Position numbers and translations under genes: made by a program
Notes under the pieces: generated by a model
What the model was told of the DNA's origin: nothing
Seen by the model: the letters and a program-made list of their open reading frames with translations, nothing else
Database searches by the model: none
From: Candidatus Hydrogenedentota bacterium
GTDB taxonomy: Bacteria > Hydrogenedentota > Hydrogenedentia > Hydrogenedentales > SLHB01
Direction of reading: 5' to 3'
Assembly (NCBI GenBank): GCA_963668025.2
Contig: CAXXTH010000012.1
Location: forward strand, 32,001-96,000
DNA length: 64,000 nucleotides
Shown here: positions 10,349-21,400 of the stretch, one piece after another
Layout of the letters: the number at the start of each line of letters is the position of its first letter
Position numbering within the stretch: position 1 is the first letter of the stretch

Positions 10349-13300
10349 CTATCGATTTAAGAGGTTCTTTTTCGCTAACAAACCTATCCCCGCCACCGCG
10401 CCCGCATGGGCCAGCGGGCCAAGAGGAAAGGCGGTTTGCCCTTGTTCGCCGCTAACGGATAGCGCTAGGTCTTCTCCGGGCCGCAGCGTTACTTCCCGTT
10501 CCGTTCCCACATCGAGCAAATCGCCGTTGCGCATATGAAATGCGGTGTGGAGCCCTTCCGGGGCATAGACCGTATGCACGCGCACTTTCCGGGATTCGCG
10601 CACCACCTTAGGCAGCGTTTCGCCGCCGCAATCCACCGTGACCGCCACGCCGGATTTCGGCTCCGCGAGGTCGTGGGCGCGCAACCGGTATAACCGCCCG
10701 CTCTCGAGCGACGCTTCCGCGTTCACCCACACCCACTGGCCATCCCGCACATGGCGCATCCAATTTTTCGCCACTTCCACCCATAAATCGCCTTCTTTCC
10801 GTTCGAGCGTGAGGCATACCCGCGCACCGCCGTTGAAGGGGATATCCGTTGCGGCGTAATGGGCCTGCACACCAGCTTTGCTGAATGGCGCCGCTGGAGT
10901 GAATTCCCACATATTGGCGGACGAAGCGCCCGGGGCTGCTTCCACGGATTCACGTACGGCTTCGATGTTGAAGTTGTATACACCGCCCTGGCTGCCCACA
11001 TTGTCAATGGCGATGCTGTCGAGCGCCGAGGGTACGCGTGGATTCAGGGACAAGCCGCCTGGCCGCAATTCCGCGCCCAGATATGCGGCCACTTGCGCTT
11101 CTCCCAGCGAACCGTTGCTCGGGAAAATCTCCCGGTATCCCTCGATATCCGCCCGGTTCACATTCGGCTCGCCGAAATGCCAGCGGCCACGGCCGCCGGG
11201 ATCATCATACGTGCGCCCGCCGGTGAGCCGGTCGGGGCTGGCGAACCGGGCAAGCACCTGCTCGTTCCGCTCATGCATGTTATCCATCGAGAGATACTTC
11301 GCGCGCACGGTGAGATCACGGGCCTCATACATCAGGCGCGTGCCGCCGTTTGACAATACTTCCATGTACGGCAGCTTGCCCGTGATGCCGACCCAGCCGT
11401 CGATTTCATTTGTGTTATACGGCGGAGAGATCTGCCAGATGCTATAGATGTCTTCCTGCCATGGCCCTGCGGGGTCACTCTTCCAGTATCCGGTATCAAG
11501 CCACCAAATGATATCCCGCGCTTGAGCGCGCGACGTGATGCCGAAGTCCGCCGCTTCGAGATTGTAATACGTAAAGCCAAAATCATGAATGACGCCGTCC
11601 CAGTCACGGCAGCCAAAATACCGGTTGAAGGTCTTGCCGTTCTCCTGCACGCCATACCAGAAGGTGCGGTTATAGGCCTCTTTTGCGCGGCGTTCGAGTT
11701 CGAGGAAATGTTCAGTGGCGTTTGCGTCGCCGCGCATGGAAGCCATATAGGCCATGGCCTTGCACGCGGGGGGATACCACAAGCCCATCAAGGCGTCATA
11801 ACCGCCGCCGAGGCATTCGTGAAACGAATTCTGCATCGTCACCAGCGAACGCCCCGATTTCTGGTTCGCGATGTTGTATTCGGGGTCGTTTTGGTAATAC
11901 GACACATCCGTGGTTTTCGCCCCGGTGTATTCATACAGATAATTAAAAATGACCTGCATCTCGTCATATATCGAGCCCGAGAAGGGGCCGAATGAAGCTT
12001 CGCCCCCAACGTAATTCCCTTCGGCTTCCGTCCACCAAAATATGCCCGGTCCAAAATAATCCTTGCCGCTGCGCATGTCATAAACGCGCACTTCGTATTG
12101 GCCAGGCTCGGCCTGTTCGGTAAGGTCTGCCGATACATATTGGCTGTTCATGCCTTGGCTGAGCGGGCGCTGGATATCCGCAAAGACTTTATTATCCGAA
12201 AGCCGCGTGACGGTAATGCGGGCAGTCACGCTGGTGGGCGCGCCAGCGGGGGCTGTTCCCGTGCCCAGGCGGAGTGTCACCTTAGAGAACGGTTTGCGGG
12301 TGGTGAACGACTGGCCAAGGCTGAACACTTTGGATGGCGTTTTGCCATCGAGCCGCTTGTCGCCGGCCGCGAGGACATGATGCTGCATGGATGCGTTTTC
12401 GCCGCATAAAGGCTGCGCTTCTTCCCCATCGGTCTTGACCCATCGCTCCGGGCGCACGTCCAGGATCGAGGCGTCCCCCGTGGACATGACATATTCCGAC
12501 AGCGCGATAATGAACATGGCGTTGACGTGCAGGAAGCGCATGTCATATGCGCCATTATTCGCGGGGATATTGAGCAACGCGCCCGCGCCATAATCGGGGT
12601 AAGTTCCCCAATTGAAGATCATGCCGAAGTGCTCGAAGCGGTCATAACCGATCAGCGGAAGATTGCTCAGGAAACCGCGCCGCAATACTTCATCGTAGTT
12701 GCTCCGGGTATCCACAAACCGGAATGTACGCACGGCGTCGAACACCCACTCGCCGTTGAACATGGTTTCAGGGTGCCAGCCTATCGCCATCTGAAGCAGG
12801 TCCGTAGCCAGCGGAGAAGCGTCCGCAGCCTTGCCGGTTTGATCAAAGGTGACATTGAAGGAAGGCGAGAACGCCATTTGAGGCCGTTGCGGCACGCACG
12901 GAATATCCGACTCGGAAGGCAGCGCGCGGACCTCTACGGGATTTGGTGTCACTCCCCACTTCAAGGAGAGGAAATTTTCACCCACCTCCGGGAAAGCCGC
13001 TGTCTGGCCTGGACAGTTCACACTCAGAACGCCGCCGATCTCCGGTTCGCCCACGACCCAGAAGGTGTTGCCGTTCAACAGGTTCAACCACAAGCCATGA
13101 GCGCCGATGGGCAGGCGCTTGAAATACTCGATGAACAAGGTTTGGCTGTTGCTGGTAAGGAATTTGCGTATTGGCATGACATGGGATGCGCCTCCCGCCA
13201 CCTGGGGTTCGGGATAGAGCATGTGCGCATCCGCGTCGTAATACCCCGCCCGATCAAAGGGAAATGGCCACGACACCCCGCCCGCCGCCGTGTCGAAGAG

Positions 13301-13570
13301 CAGGCGGTCGTCCTCGATACGAGGATTCGACACCCCTGTGATGCTTTTCCCGTCCGCTACGAGATTTGAACCATATGCGCCCTGCCCCGTGGCGTCGATG
13401 CGCAGCGAAGTGATATTCGGCGAAGTATACATAACGTCGAAATAGCCATTTTGTAATCTGGGCATTTCCTGTTCCATGGCGTTCTCTCCCCACGCGAGTA
13501 ATGACAGTAACAACAGGAATACAGACAAACCTAAACCATGCCTATTCATCCGTCGTCTTGGATATTGCAT
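10349..13570 (-). CDS. Large secreted (alpha/alpha)6-barrel glycoside hydrolase-like protein with C-terminal anchor
   Basis: Signal peptide; NAMFIIALSEYVMSTGDASIL helix typical of six-hairpin glycosidases; inserted LGQSFT beta modules; hydrophobic plus basic tail. Family not assignable by eye. Confidence 0.6.
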   Translation of the reverse strand: MQYPRRRMNRHGLGLSVFLLLLSLLAWGENAMEQEMPRLQNGYFDVMYTSPNITSLRIDATGQGAYGSNLVADGKSITGVSNPRIEDDRLLFDTAAGGVSWPFPFDRAGYYDADAHMLYPEPQVAGGASHVMPIRKFLTSNSQTLFIEYFKRLPIGAHGLWLNLLNGNTFWVVGEPEIGGVLSVNCPGQTAAFPEVGENFLSLKWGVTPNPVEVRALPSESDIPCVPQRPQMAFSPSFNVTFDQTGKAADASPLATDLLQMAIGWHPETMFNGEWVFDAVRTFRFVDTRSNYDEVLRRGFLSNLPLIGYDRFEHFGMIFNWGTYPDYGAGALLNIPANNGAYDMRFLHVNAMFIIALSEYVMSTGDASILDVRPERWVKTDGEEAQPLCGENASMQHHVLAAGDKRLDGKTPSKVFSLGQSFTTRKPFSKVTLRLGTGTAPAGAPTSVTARITVTRLSDNKVFADIQRPLSQGMNSQYVSADLTEQAEPGQYEVRVYDMRSGKDYFGPGIFWWTEAEGNYVGGEASFGPFSGSIYDEMQVIFNYLYEYTGAKTTDVSYYQNDPEYNIANQKSGRSLVTMQNSFHECLGGGYDALMGLWYPPACKAMAYMASMRGDANATEHFLELERRAKEAYNRTFWYGVQENGKTFNRYFGCRDWDGVIHDFGFTYYNLEAADFGITSRAQARDIIWWLDTGYWKSDPAGPWQEDIYSIWQISPPYNTNEIDGWVGITGKLPYMEVLSNGGTRLMYEARDLTVRAKYLSMDNMHERNEQVLARFASPDRLTGGRTYDDPGGRGRWHFGEPNVNRADIEGYREIFPSNGSLGEAQVAAYLGAELRPGGLSLNPRVPSALDSIAIDNVGSQGGVYNFNIEAVRESVEAAPGASSANMWEFTPAAPFSKAGVQAHYAATDIPFNGGARVCLTLERKEGDLWVEVAKNWMRHVRDGQWVWVNAEASLESGRLYRLRAHDLAEPKSGVAVTVDCGGETLPKVVRESRKVRVHTVYAPEGLHTAFHMRNGDLLDVGTEREVTLRPGEDLALSVSGEQGQTAFPLGPLAHAGAVAGIGLLAKKNLLNR

Positions 13571-13607
13571 CCTTATCCCCTCCGAAAATGAGCTGCTTGG
13601 ATACTGG

Positions 13608-13721
13608 AACCGCGAATGGATGCGAATGAACGCAAATGAGGGAAACGTTGGCGCTCATCTTGCCATTCAACAAGGCAAGCGCCTTTCATGGCTCGTCATT
13701 CATTGCGCCCATTCGCATCCA
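13608..13721. repeat. Inverted pair of 9-nt-period repeats
   Basis: aaccgcgaatggatgcgaatgaacgcaaat (13608-13637) pairs with cattgcgcccattcgcatcca (~13701-13721). Confidence 0.7.
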
Positions 13722-13739
13722 AGGCTAATGGCATATCCT

Positions 13740-16454
13740 CTATCGCACTTGTATCCGGACCGGCCCGAAAAGGCCGCTGCGGCGGCGTTCCGGGAAATCA
13801 CCACCTCCATTGAGCGGCTTATCGTTAAAGTATGGGAACTGGGCCATGTAGTTCGAGAGCGTATTCGCAACGCGCACCTCGAATTGGTTCACGCCCGGGC
13901 GCACCTTGCCAGTGATATCGAGTTCATAAGGTTCGAAGAATTTTATACCCGCCGGTTGGCCGTTCACGATGACTTCCACCGTGTTATGCACCTCGCCTAA
14001 ATCGAGCAGCACGCGGCCCGTGGCCGCTTCCTCGGGTAATACCGCTTCAAAGGCATAACAGCCGATGCCCGAGAAATGGGCAAGGCCTTGCTCGCTCCAA
14101 TCACCCGCGTTCAACTGTGCGGGAATGGCCAGTGGGGTAGTGTGTGATGGCGCATACCCTTCGGCGTCTTCGGCGAAATTCCAAGCGATCTCAGGACGCC
14201 GGAACGTTTCTTCCGCTGAAAATGTGAATGGCCCGGAGATCTCGATGGCCTGGGCGGCGCACGGGCTTTCAATCGGTTTCACCGCTCCGTCGCGGTGGAA
14301 CGCCAGCACCTGCATGGCATACGGCGCGAAAGCCAGCCGCAGCCACGTGTATCCCTGCCCGGCGTGCTCGGGAGCCATTGGCGTGCATGCCCCCGTCTCC
14401 GCATCCCACAACTCCACGGCGCCCTCCGCTTTCAAGCGGATGCACGTCTCGCAAGGGGCGTCCGTATAGTTGAATACAAGGAAAACATCGCCGTCGTCCA
14501 GGATGCGGTGGAACGCCACGAAACGGCCAGGCCCTTCCCACTGCAATTCCGGCTCGCATGCCTCGCCCAGCAGTGCGGGCACATCGGCCACGGTTGGTGC
14601 GAATCCGGCTCGGCCGCCCGACGGGTGGGCATGCCAGAATGGACGTTCCGATGGCCGCGCTGTTCCCAATAGGTGAACCAGCGACGACGCCACGGCGGGG
14701 TCGTCCGTTCCTTGTTCATACGAATGTTTGGGCAGCGACCCTACGAACAGCAGCGTGCCGCCCGACGCCACGAAGGCTTCCCACCGCGTAAGCAACGACA
14801 CACGTACGCCGTCCACGGGTGGCGCCACCACCACATCAAACCGTTCCGTCGCCGTCACGATCTGACCGGCGGCGCAGCAGGATTGTTCGAGGAACGCGCG
14901 GTCGTCGAGAATATCGAAGTCATACCCCGCGAAGCGGATGGCGTCGCCGAGGGCGTTGAAGGATTTCGAGCGTTCGCGCAAGGTGTCGTGGTCCCAGGCA
15001 TGGGTCCAGATGTCCACTTCGGGATATGCGAGCGCCACCTGGGCGCGATGGCCGCTCCCGGCGGTGAGGGAGCACACCCGCGCCTCGTAATCGGCGAAAG
15101 GCCGTATGTGGTCCCAGTAAGGCTGTTGGTAGCTCAAGCCGGGAGGATAGAATGTCGTCCGGTTTATCCCGCGCAGCGAATATTTATAACAGATGGGCAC
15201 TTGCATGCTGATGCCGTTGACATGCTCCCAGTTCACGATGCGGCGCATATCGCGCGGCGTGATGCCCCAGCCCGAGGCGGCGAAGGTTTCCGCCCAGGAT
15301 TGATGCCGGCCCATGAGATGCGCCATCGAAGTCGGATATTTGGGCGTGGTGGCGGGCAGATCGTGGAAGGTCTCTTCGAAGGGATGAATCCAATCCATGC
15401 CCGGCACATGCATGTAGCGGAAATGCGTGGGCAGATTGCCCCCCTGCTGGGCGAGATGATTATAAAATTCTTCCTCGATCACCAAATGCCCGCTCGATAG
15501 CATGCCGCGTTCTTCACAGAAGCGGTAGATTTGGCCGAAGTAATTCTCGCTGTACAAATAACAGCAGGTCTCCCAATACCGGCATTGGAAACGCAGGCGC
15601 TCGGGGCCTGCCGGGTGGTACAACAGCGGCAGGTTGCGCCGCCATGGCATGCTATGGCGCGCTTCGAAGGTTTTCTCGAGTTCGGGCGTGAAGGGCATGG
15701 AAGGATACCACGGGAACCGTTCCCATTCGATCATCGAGAGGGAAAAGGCAGGTTCGTCGGTGAAGAATCCCGTGATGGATGCGCCTGGAATCGCCTTGAC
15801 GCGCTCCTCATGGCCGCCATACACCCAGCTCACGAATTCACCCATGGCTTCGCGGCTCATCAAGTCGCCATACACATCAATGAGCAAGCCTAGGCCTTTC
15901 CGTGCCGTGTACAGGGCGACGGTCCAATTGCCTGCGGGCGCATCCCATTCTAGACGGCCTTCATTTACTAGGGGCGTCAAATCCGTGAGGGTGTCTTCGA
16001 TGAGTTGATTGTCTTCGAGCTGGAATGCGGACGCTGCGACGAAGCCGCCTTCCCCCGCTTCGAGGCTCACATGCGAGCCGCCTGCATGGGCCGACTCGGC
16101 GCAATGCAAGTATTTCCAGGAATAATCCGGATAGCGCTCCACCAATTGGCCGCCGATGGACCCCGAAGGCCAGTCTTCTTCGTCGTAGGCCCAGAACGCC
16201 AGCCCATACTCCGCGCATAGCCGCGCGGTCATGTCTACAACCTTCCACCACCAATCCGTGCAGAATTTCTCAGGCGCGCCTTCCTGGAAATACTCGCAAC
16301 AGAGAAATACGCCGCCGAATCCTTGTGTTTTCAATGATTGAAGCTGGTAGCGCAAGTGTTCTTCGCTTATTTCATCATTGATGCGCAACAGAGGGGTCAT
16401 GCGGTATTCGCGGGAAGGATTTTGGAAGGATGAGTGCAGCTCAGTAAGTTTCAT
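13740..16454 (-). CDS. GH106-like (alpha-L-rhamnosidase-like) glycoside hydrolase
   Basis: FQNP..EYR..P, W.YDEEDWPSG, GFFTDEP, SGHL..EE, PGMD, AETFA motifs; C-terminal GH2-N-like LDLGEV...VNG...N.FEVRVAN. Confidence 0.8.
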   Translation of the reverse strand: MKLTELHSSFQNPSREYRMTPLLRINDEISEEHLRYQLQSLKTQGFGGVFLCCEYFQEGAPEKFCTDWWWKVVDMTARLCAEYGLAFWAYDEEDWPSGSIGGQLVERYPDYSWKYLHCAESAHAGGSHVSLEAGEGGFVAASAFQLEDNQLIEDTLTDLTPLVNEGRLEWDAPAGNWTVALYTARKGLGLLIDVYGDLMSREAMGEFVSWVYGGHEERVKAIPGASITGFFTDEPAFSLSMIEWERFPWYPSMPFTPELEKTFEARHSMPWRRNLPLLYHPAGPERLRFQCRYWETCCYLYSENYFGQIYRFCEERGMLSSGHLVIEEEFYNHLAQQGGNLPTHFRYMHVPGMDWIHPFEETFHDLPATTPKYPTSMAHLMGRHQSWAETFAASGWGITPRDMRRIVNWEHVNGISMQVPICYKYSLRGINRTTFYPPGLSYQQPYWDHIRPFADYEARVCSLTAGSGHRAQVALAYPEVDIWTHAWDHDTLRERSKSFNALGDAIRFAGYDFDILDDRAFLEQSCCAAGQIVTATERFDVVVAPPVDGVRVSLLTRWEAFVASGGTLLFVGSLPKHSYEQGTDDPAVASSLVHLLGTARPSERPFWHAHPSGGRAGFAPTVADVPALLGEACEPELQWEGPGRFVAFHRILDDGDVFLVFNYTDAPCETCIRLKAEGAVELWDAETGACTPMAPEHAGQGYTWLRLAFAPYAMQVLAFHRDGAVKPIESPCAAQAIEISGPFTFSAEETFRRPEIAWNFAEDAEGYAPSHTTPLAIPAQLNAGDWSEQGLAHFSGIGCYAFEAVLPEEAATGRVLLDLGEVHNTVEVIVNGQPAGIKFFEPYELDITGKVRPGVNQFEVRVANTLSNYMAQFPYFNDKPLNGGGDFPERRRSGLFGPVRIQVR

Positions 16455-16807
16455 ATGCCGCTCCTGGTTGCCGGGGCGCTCATGGAAGCCCCAGAGGTTC
16501 TAGGATTCTCGGAAGCATCGATTGAAACAATGATACACTAAGTGTGCATAAATATCAACAATCATTCATGATTCGCTATGCAGCCGCCCAGGTTTCCATA
16601 AGAAGTTCCAAATGAACAAAAAACGCCCATTTTCGGCCACAACCGCTAGATGGGGTTCCGGGTTATGGAAAGGCTCGGGTTTCGTTCATGCGATTTTGCT
16701 TGAAAAACCACCCTTTTCGTGTTATGGTTGTGCGCGTTCATGCATGATCGCGCACGATATGGCTTATCGGTCGCATGCGATGCTGGAGTGGCAAGGATGA
16801 AGACGCC

Positions 16808-17641
16808 ATGACATTGCCAAACCTTTGCTCGGTCTTACAGGAAATGGAAGCGGATTTTGGACGGCGGGCCGCCGAATTGGCCCCATATGACGCCCTTGCG
16901 TGGGTGGGGTATCCGGCGCGGTCTCATGTTTCCTGGCCTGATGCCATTGCGGCCGCCGATGCGCTCGAGGCGGGGCCGATCCACCGCGCCCTTTTGTCGC
17001 ATACGGCGGGGATGCTTCACGACCCGATTGCGGGCAACCGCATGCTCGCGGAAGTGTTGCAGGCGCTGCCCGGCTGCCACGGCGTGATGTCGTTACTGCC
17101 TGGAACGCTTCAACCCGATTGGGATATCCGCGCACACATTGATGTTTGTTTTCGCGCGGGCATGCGCGCGGCGCGGTTATTGCCGAAGTTGCACCGGTAC
17201 ACGCTGAAAACACCCGGCATGCAGGAACTCTTCGAGGCGCTGGCCGTTCGCCGGATTCCGCTATTTCTGCCTATCGGGCAAACCTCTTGGGATGAACTGG
17301 GCGCTATCGCCTTGGCTTACCCTAAACTGAATATCCTGGCCGAATCGGCGGGCCACCACGAATACCTCAATATGCGCGCGGCTTTGCCTTGGCTCGAAAA
17401 AGTGTCGAATGTGTTCGTACCCACGAACCGGCAGTTTCTAGCGGGTGGTATCGAGCTGCTCGTGGAACGCCTCGGGGCGCACCGGGTGCTGTTTGCGTCC
17501 GGCCAGCCCATCGAGGATCCCTGGGCATCTCTTGGACCGCTCGTGATGAACCGCCTTTCCGATGCGGCCTGCCTCCAAATCGCCCATGAAAACCTGGAAC
17601 GCCTGCTCGCGGAAGCCCATGAAGGGGAGAATGCGCTATGA
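16808..17641 (+). CDS. Amidohydrolase-fold protein with degenerate metal site
   Basis: Aligns to Amidohydro_2 (ARLLP, RVLFASG.P, IAHENLERLL) but has DALAW in place of DxHxH and lacks the strand-8 Asp. Start ATG 16808 follows AAGGA. Confidence 0.75.
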   Translation: MTLPNLCSVLQEMEADFGRRAAELAPYDALAWVGYPARSHVSWPDAIAAADALEAGPIHRALLSHTAGMLHDPIAGNRMLAEVLQALPGCHGVMSLLPGTLQPDWDIRAHIDVCFRAGMRAARLLPKLHRYTLKTPGMQELFEALAVRRIPLFLPIGQTSWDELGAIALAYPKLNILAESAGHHEYLNMRAALPWLEKVSNVFVPTNRQFLAGGIELLVERLGAHRVLFASGQPIEDPWASLGPLVMNRLSDAACLQIAHENLERLLAEAHEGENAL

Positions 17642-18414
17642 CGGCCCCATTTATCATCGACGCCCACGCCCATCTGGGCCCTACCCAGGCATTTGAAGCC
17701 TATCACGGCGGAATGGACGCCATGATAGCCGCTATGGATCTCCTCCATATCGAGACCACGATCTTTTCCGCCATGCCGTCCCTCGAAAACGAGTTCGAGG
17801 AAGGGTATCGCTTGTCTATCGAAGCCATGGAACGTTTTCCGGGCCGGTTCCGCGCCTATGCGGTTTTCAATCCCAATTGGCTCGAACCTTCGATGCACTA
17901 CATCGAGCGTTTGATGGCGCATCCCGGTTTCGCTGGTATTAAGATCCATCCCGCCATGCATGCCATGGACCCGATAGACGCGCGATACCAGCCGTTATGG
18001 GAAATGGCGGACGAACACAAGCTGGCCGTGCTCGCCCATACCTGGAGCCCTGATCCCGCCAAACCCGTGCAGAACCTTTCCGTTCCCGAGCGCTTCGCGC
18101 CGGTTCTCGAACGCTATACGCGCCTGCGCGTGATCCTGGGCCATTTCGGCGGCAGGGACGTGGGTATGCGGCAGGCTATCGCCCTCATGAACGCCTATTC
18201 CCACTGCTACGCGGATCTTTCTGGCGATTGCTGGGAAATGGGCCAGCTCGAATGGCTTTGCGCACAGACGGACCCATCGCGCATTTTATTCGGCACGGAC
18301 ATGAACTGGATCGAAGGGCGGTATGTCTTCGGGCATGTGCTCAAGGCCCGGTTGTCTCCGGAAATCAAGCTGGCCATATTCCGCGAAAACGCCCTGCGGC
18401 TATTCGGCGGATGA
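17638..18414 (+). CDS. Amidohydrolase_2 family metal-dependent hydrolase
   Basis: IIDAHAH, GIKIHP, VLAHT, ILGHFGG, RILFGTD; ATGA overlap with the upstream paralog. Confidence 0.9.
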   Translation: MTAPFIIDAHAHLGPTQAFEAYHGGMDAMIAAMDLLHIETTIFSAMPSLENEFEEGYRLSIEAMERFPGRFRAYAVFNPNWLEPSMHYIERLMAHPGFAGIKIHPAMHAMDPIDARYQPLWEMADEHKLAVLAHTWSPDPAKPVQNLSVPERFAPVLERYTRLRVILGHFGGRDVGMRQAIALMNAYSHCYADLSGDCWEMGQLEWLCAQTDPSRILFGTDMNWIEGRYVFGHVLKARLSPEIKLAIFRENALRLFGG

Positions 18415-18471
18415 TCCATCCGATCCGTCCGCTCCGTCCGATAATCTGAAACCTTCAAGGGGGATGCTATC

Positions 18472-21400
18472 ATGAATGCTGTTGGGCAAACTCGAGATAA
18501 TCTAGACGCCTTTCGCCCTGTCTTGATGTGGTTCTGGAACGCCTCACTGAATGAAGCAGAAATCCGCCGCCAAATAGCGATGTTTGAACAAGCCCGCATC
18601 CGCGAGTTCTTCATTCACCCTCTCTATGGCCTCGAGGTTCCCTACTTGTCGGATGCCTATTTCGATGCCTTCGGCGTGGCTATTGACGAAGCGCGGAAAC
18701 GGGGCATGCGCGTCTGGCTATATGATGAATATGCCTGGCCCAGCGGCACGGCGGGCGGCAGCGTGATTCGCGATCATCCGGAAGACCGCATGATGGCGCT
18801 TTGGCATGCCCGTTTCGAGCTCGAACCTGGTGAAGAAGCAGAGTGCGCACCGCCAGGAAATCTCGTCTCGGCGCACGTCATTCAATGGAAACAGACACTG
18901 AACGGCATTGCCGCGCAAGCGGAGCGCCTTGAAGCCCTCCCGCCTCGCTGGCGCAATGACAGCGCTGGCCGGGTGAGCCTATTGGTGTGCAGCGAACAGG
19001 CCTCGGAGGGCCTGCATCCCTCGGCCCGCTGGCGTTCGGATGCATCGAATCAGCGAGGCTCGCTCGATGGGTGTTCGCCTGAAGCCGTTCGCCATTTCAT
19101 TGACGCCACGCATGAAGCCTATTACCGGCGCTTTCCAGACGCCTTCGGCACGGTCATCGCAGGCTCGTTCACGGATGAGCCGCCTCTGAATATCGGCTGG
19201 GTCTTGCAGCCTATCGGTTCCTTCACCGGCCTGCCATGGCATCGCGGCCTGCTAGAGGCGTTTGAAAAGGAAATGGGTTACAACCTGGCGGACAAGCTGC
19301 ATGAACTCACCTTTCCCATCGGGAATTATGTACGCACACGTTGTGATTACTGGCGGTACCTTACCCAGCGCTTCGAAAACGCCTACTTCCGCCAAATAAG
19401 CGAGTGGTGCCAGCAGCACGGCATCGCCTTGACCGGGCACGTCAACGCGGAAGAAAGCCTGATCGCGACGCTGTTATGCACCGGCGATTGGTCCGCGGCC
19501 CTCAAATGGTTCCATGTCCCCGGTATCGATAACATCCTGTCCCGGCAGCAGCTTGGCACGGACGCCTCGGTTCCACCCGCCAAACAAGTGTCCAGCCTGG
19601 CCAGCCAGCTTGGACGCGAGCGGACACTGTGCGAAACCTATTCTGGAAGCGGATGGAACACCACGTTTCTCGATATGAAACGCATTCTGGACCGCCTGGC
19701 CGTCCTCGGCGTAAATCAGATCCAGTATATGGGCGGCTATTACACCATGAAAGGTTTCCGAAAATTAAAGCCCGATGCCGGCTGGCCCCCCTCCCACTTC
19801 GAACAAAACAGTTTGTGGCCCTATTATAGCCACTTTTCGGATTATGCGGCGCGGGTATGCCTTGCGAATACCCAGGGAACGCATGCCGCCGAAGTGGCCA
19901 TGCTGTATCCCATCGTGTCGGCGTGGGCGGGTTTTCAATTTGGCCACGACACCCATATGAGCACGTCCACGACGTACCGGCGGAAAATGGATTGCCTGTC
20001 CAAAACCTACGAAGGCATGGCGTGCGCGCTTCTCGAAGTGCAAGCGGATTACGAGATCTTATATGAAGACAGCCTGGCCCGCGCCACCATCGAAGATGGT
20101 TGGATTCGTTTGGATGGCGGCTTGGCCTTTTCAACCCTTATCCTGCCTGCTTGCACGGCGCTGCGCCCGCGCACACTCGAACAGATGGAGGCATTTGCCG
20201 CATCTGGCGGCCGGCTCTTGTTTGTTAACGGTCTTCCGACTCACTTTGATACGGGTGAATCCATATGTGTCCGCGTCACTCGCGCATGGAACATGGATGT
20301 CGAGGCCACGAACAGCCTCGTGATGGAAGTGATTGACGGGGAAGTTCCGTGCGTACTGCCCGCCGATATCATCTACACCAGCGCGAACACGCCTAACGTG
20401 CGCGCCATATCCACAAATTGCCTGCAAGGCCCCGCACGGGCCAAGCTTCAGGAAGCTTTGATTCGCGAATTGCCGGAATCCGCCCGTGTCCGCTTCGAGC
20501 CGCAGTCGGCGGCGCTAACCATTCACTGCCGACAGGTGGAGGATGCGTCGTGCGTGTTCATCGTGAACGGAGCGCCAGAATCCTATGCAGGAAGAGTTGC
20601 CATTCCACCCCATCATGCGGTGGAGTTTTATAAACCCGAAACGGACACGTGGAGCGCCGCAATGATCGAAATGCGCGGCGAAGACGCCTTTGCTACTCTC
20701 CGCCTCGCTCCATATGAAGCCGCCGTGCTTCGGCAGACACCCGGCGCAAGCCTAGATACCGGCGCGTCCGCGCCAGAATCCAATGCATTCGTGCTGGACG
20801 GCCCTTGGACCGTAACGCCAGTATCGCCGAATCTCCTTCCGCTGTTCGCTTCCGTATTCGAGGAGGATGGCGCGCCATTGAGCCTGGAAAAAGCGGAAAC
20901 GCTCGCGCCGGAGCAATTCGCACCATGTATTGACGGCCGCTTTGTTGAAGGCTATTCCATGGGCGTGAGCGAAGGAAACGGCTGGGGCGTCATGCAAGGG
21001 GCGTATCCCTTGAGCTCCTTCGTAAAAGGAAAGGCATATTGGGTGCGAGCCGAGTTTGATGTCCTTTCCGCGCCTGAAGGCATGCGGCTCGTCACGGAGG
21101 CATTGGGGCAGACCGTAATTGCGTTAAATGGCCGTCCGTTGTGTTTATCACCATGCCGGGATTGGGATGAAAGCAACCTAGGCGCATGCGTGGATGGCAT
21201 GCTTCAGCCCGGGCGTAACATCTTACTTATGCGCCTCGTTATGCCCGAATGGGAAGGCCCCCATGCCCTGCCCTTCACCGCGCTGTGCGGTCCGTTCCAA
21301 CTGGATGCCCAGCACCGGATTATCCTGCCGCTGCCGATACGTGAAACCGGCGACTGGTGCGGGCAAGGATATCCATTTTATTCCGGGACGATGTCCTACC

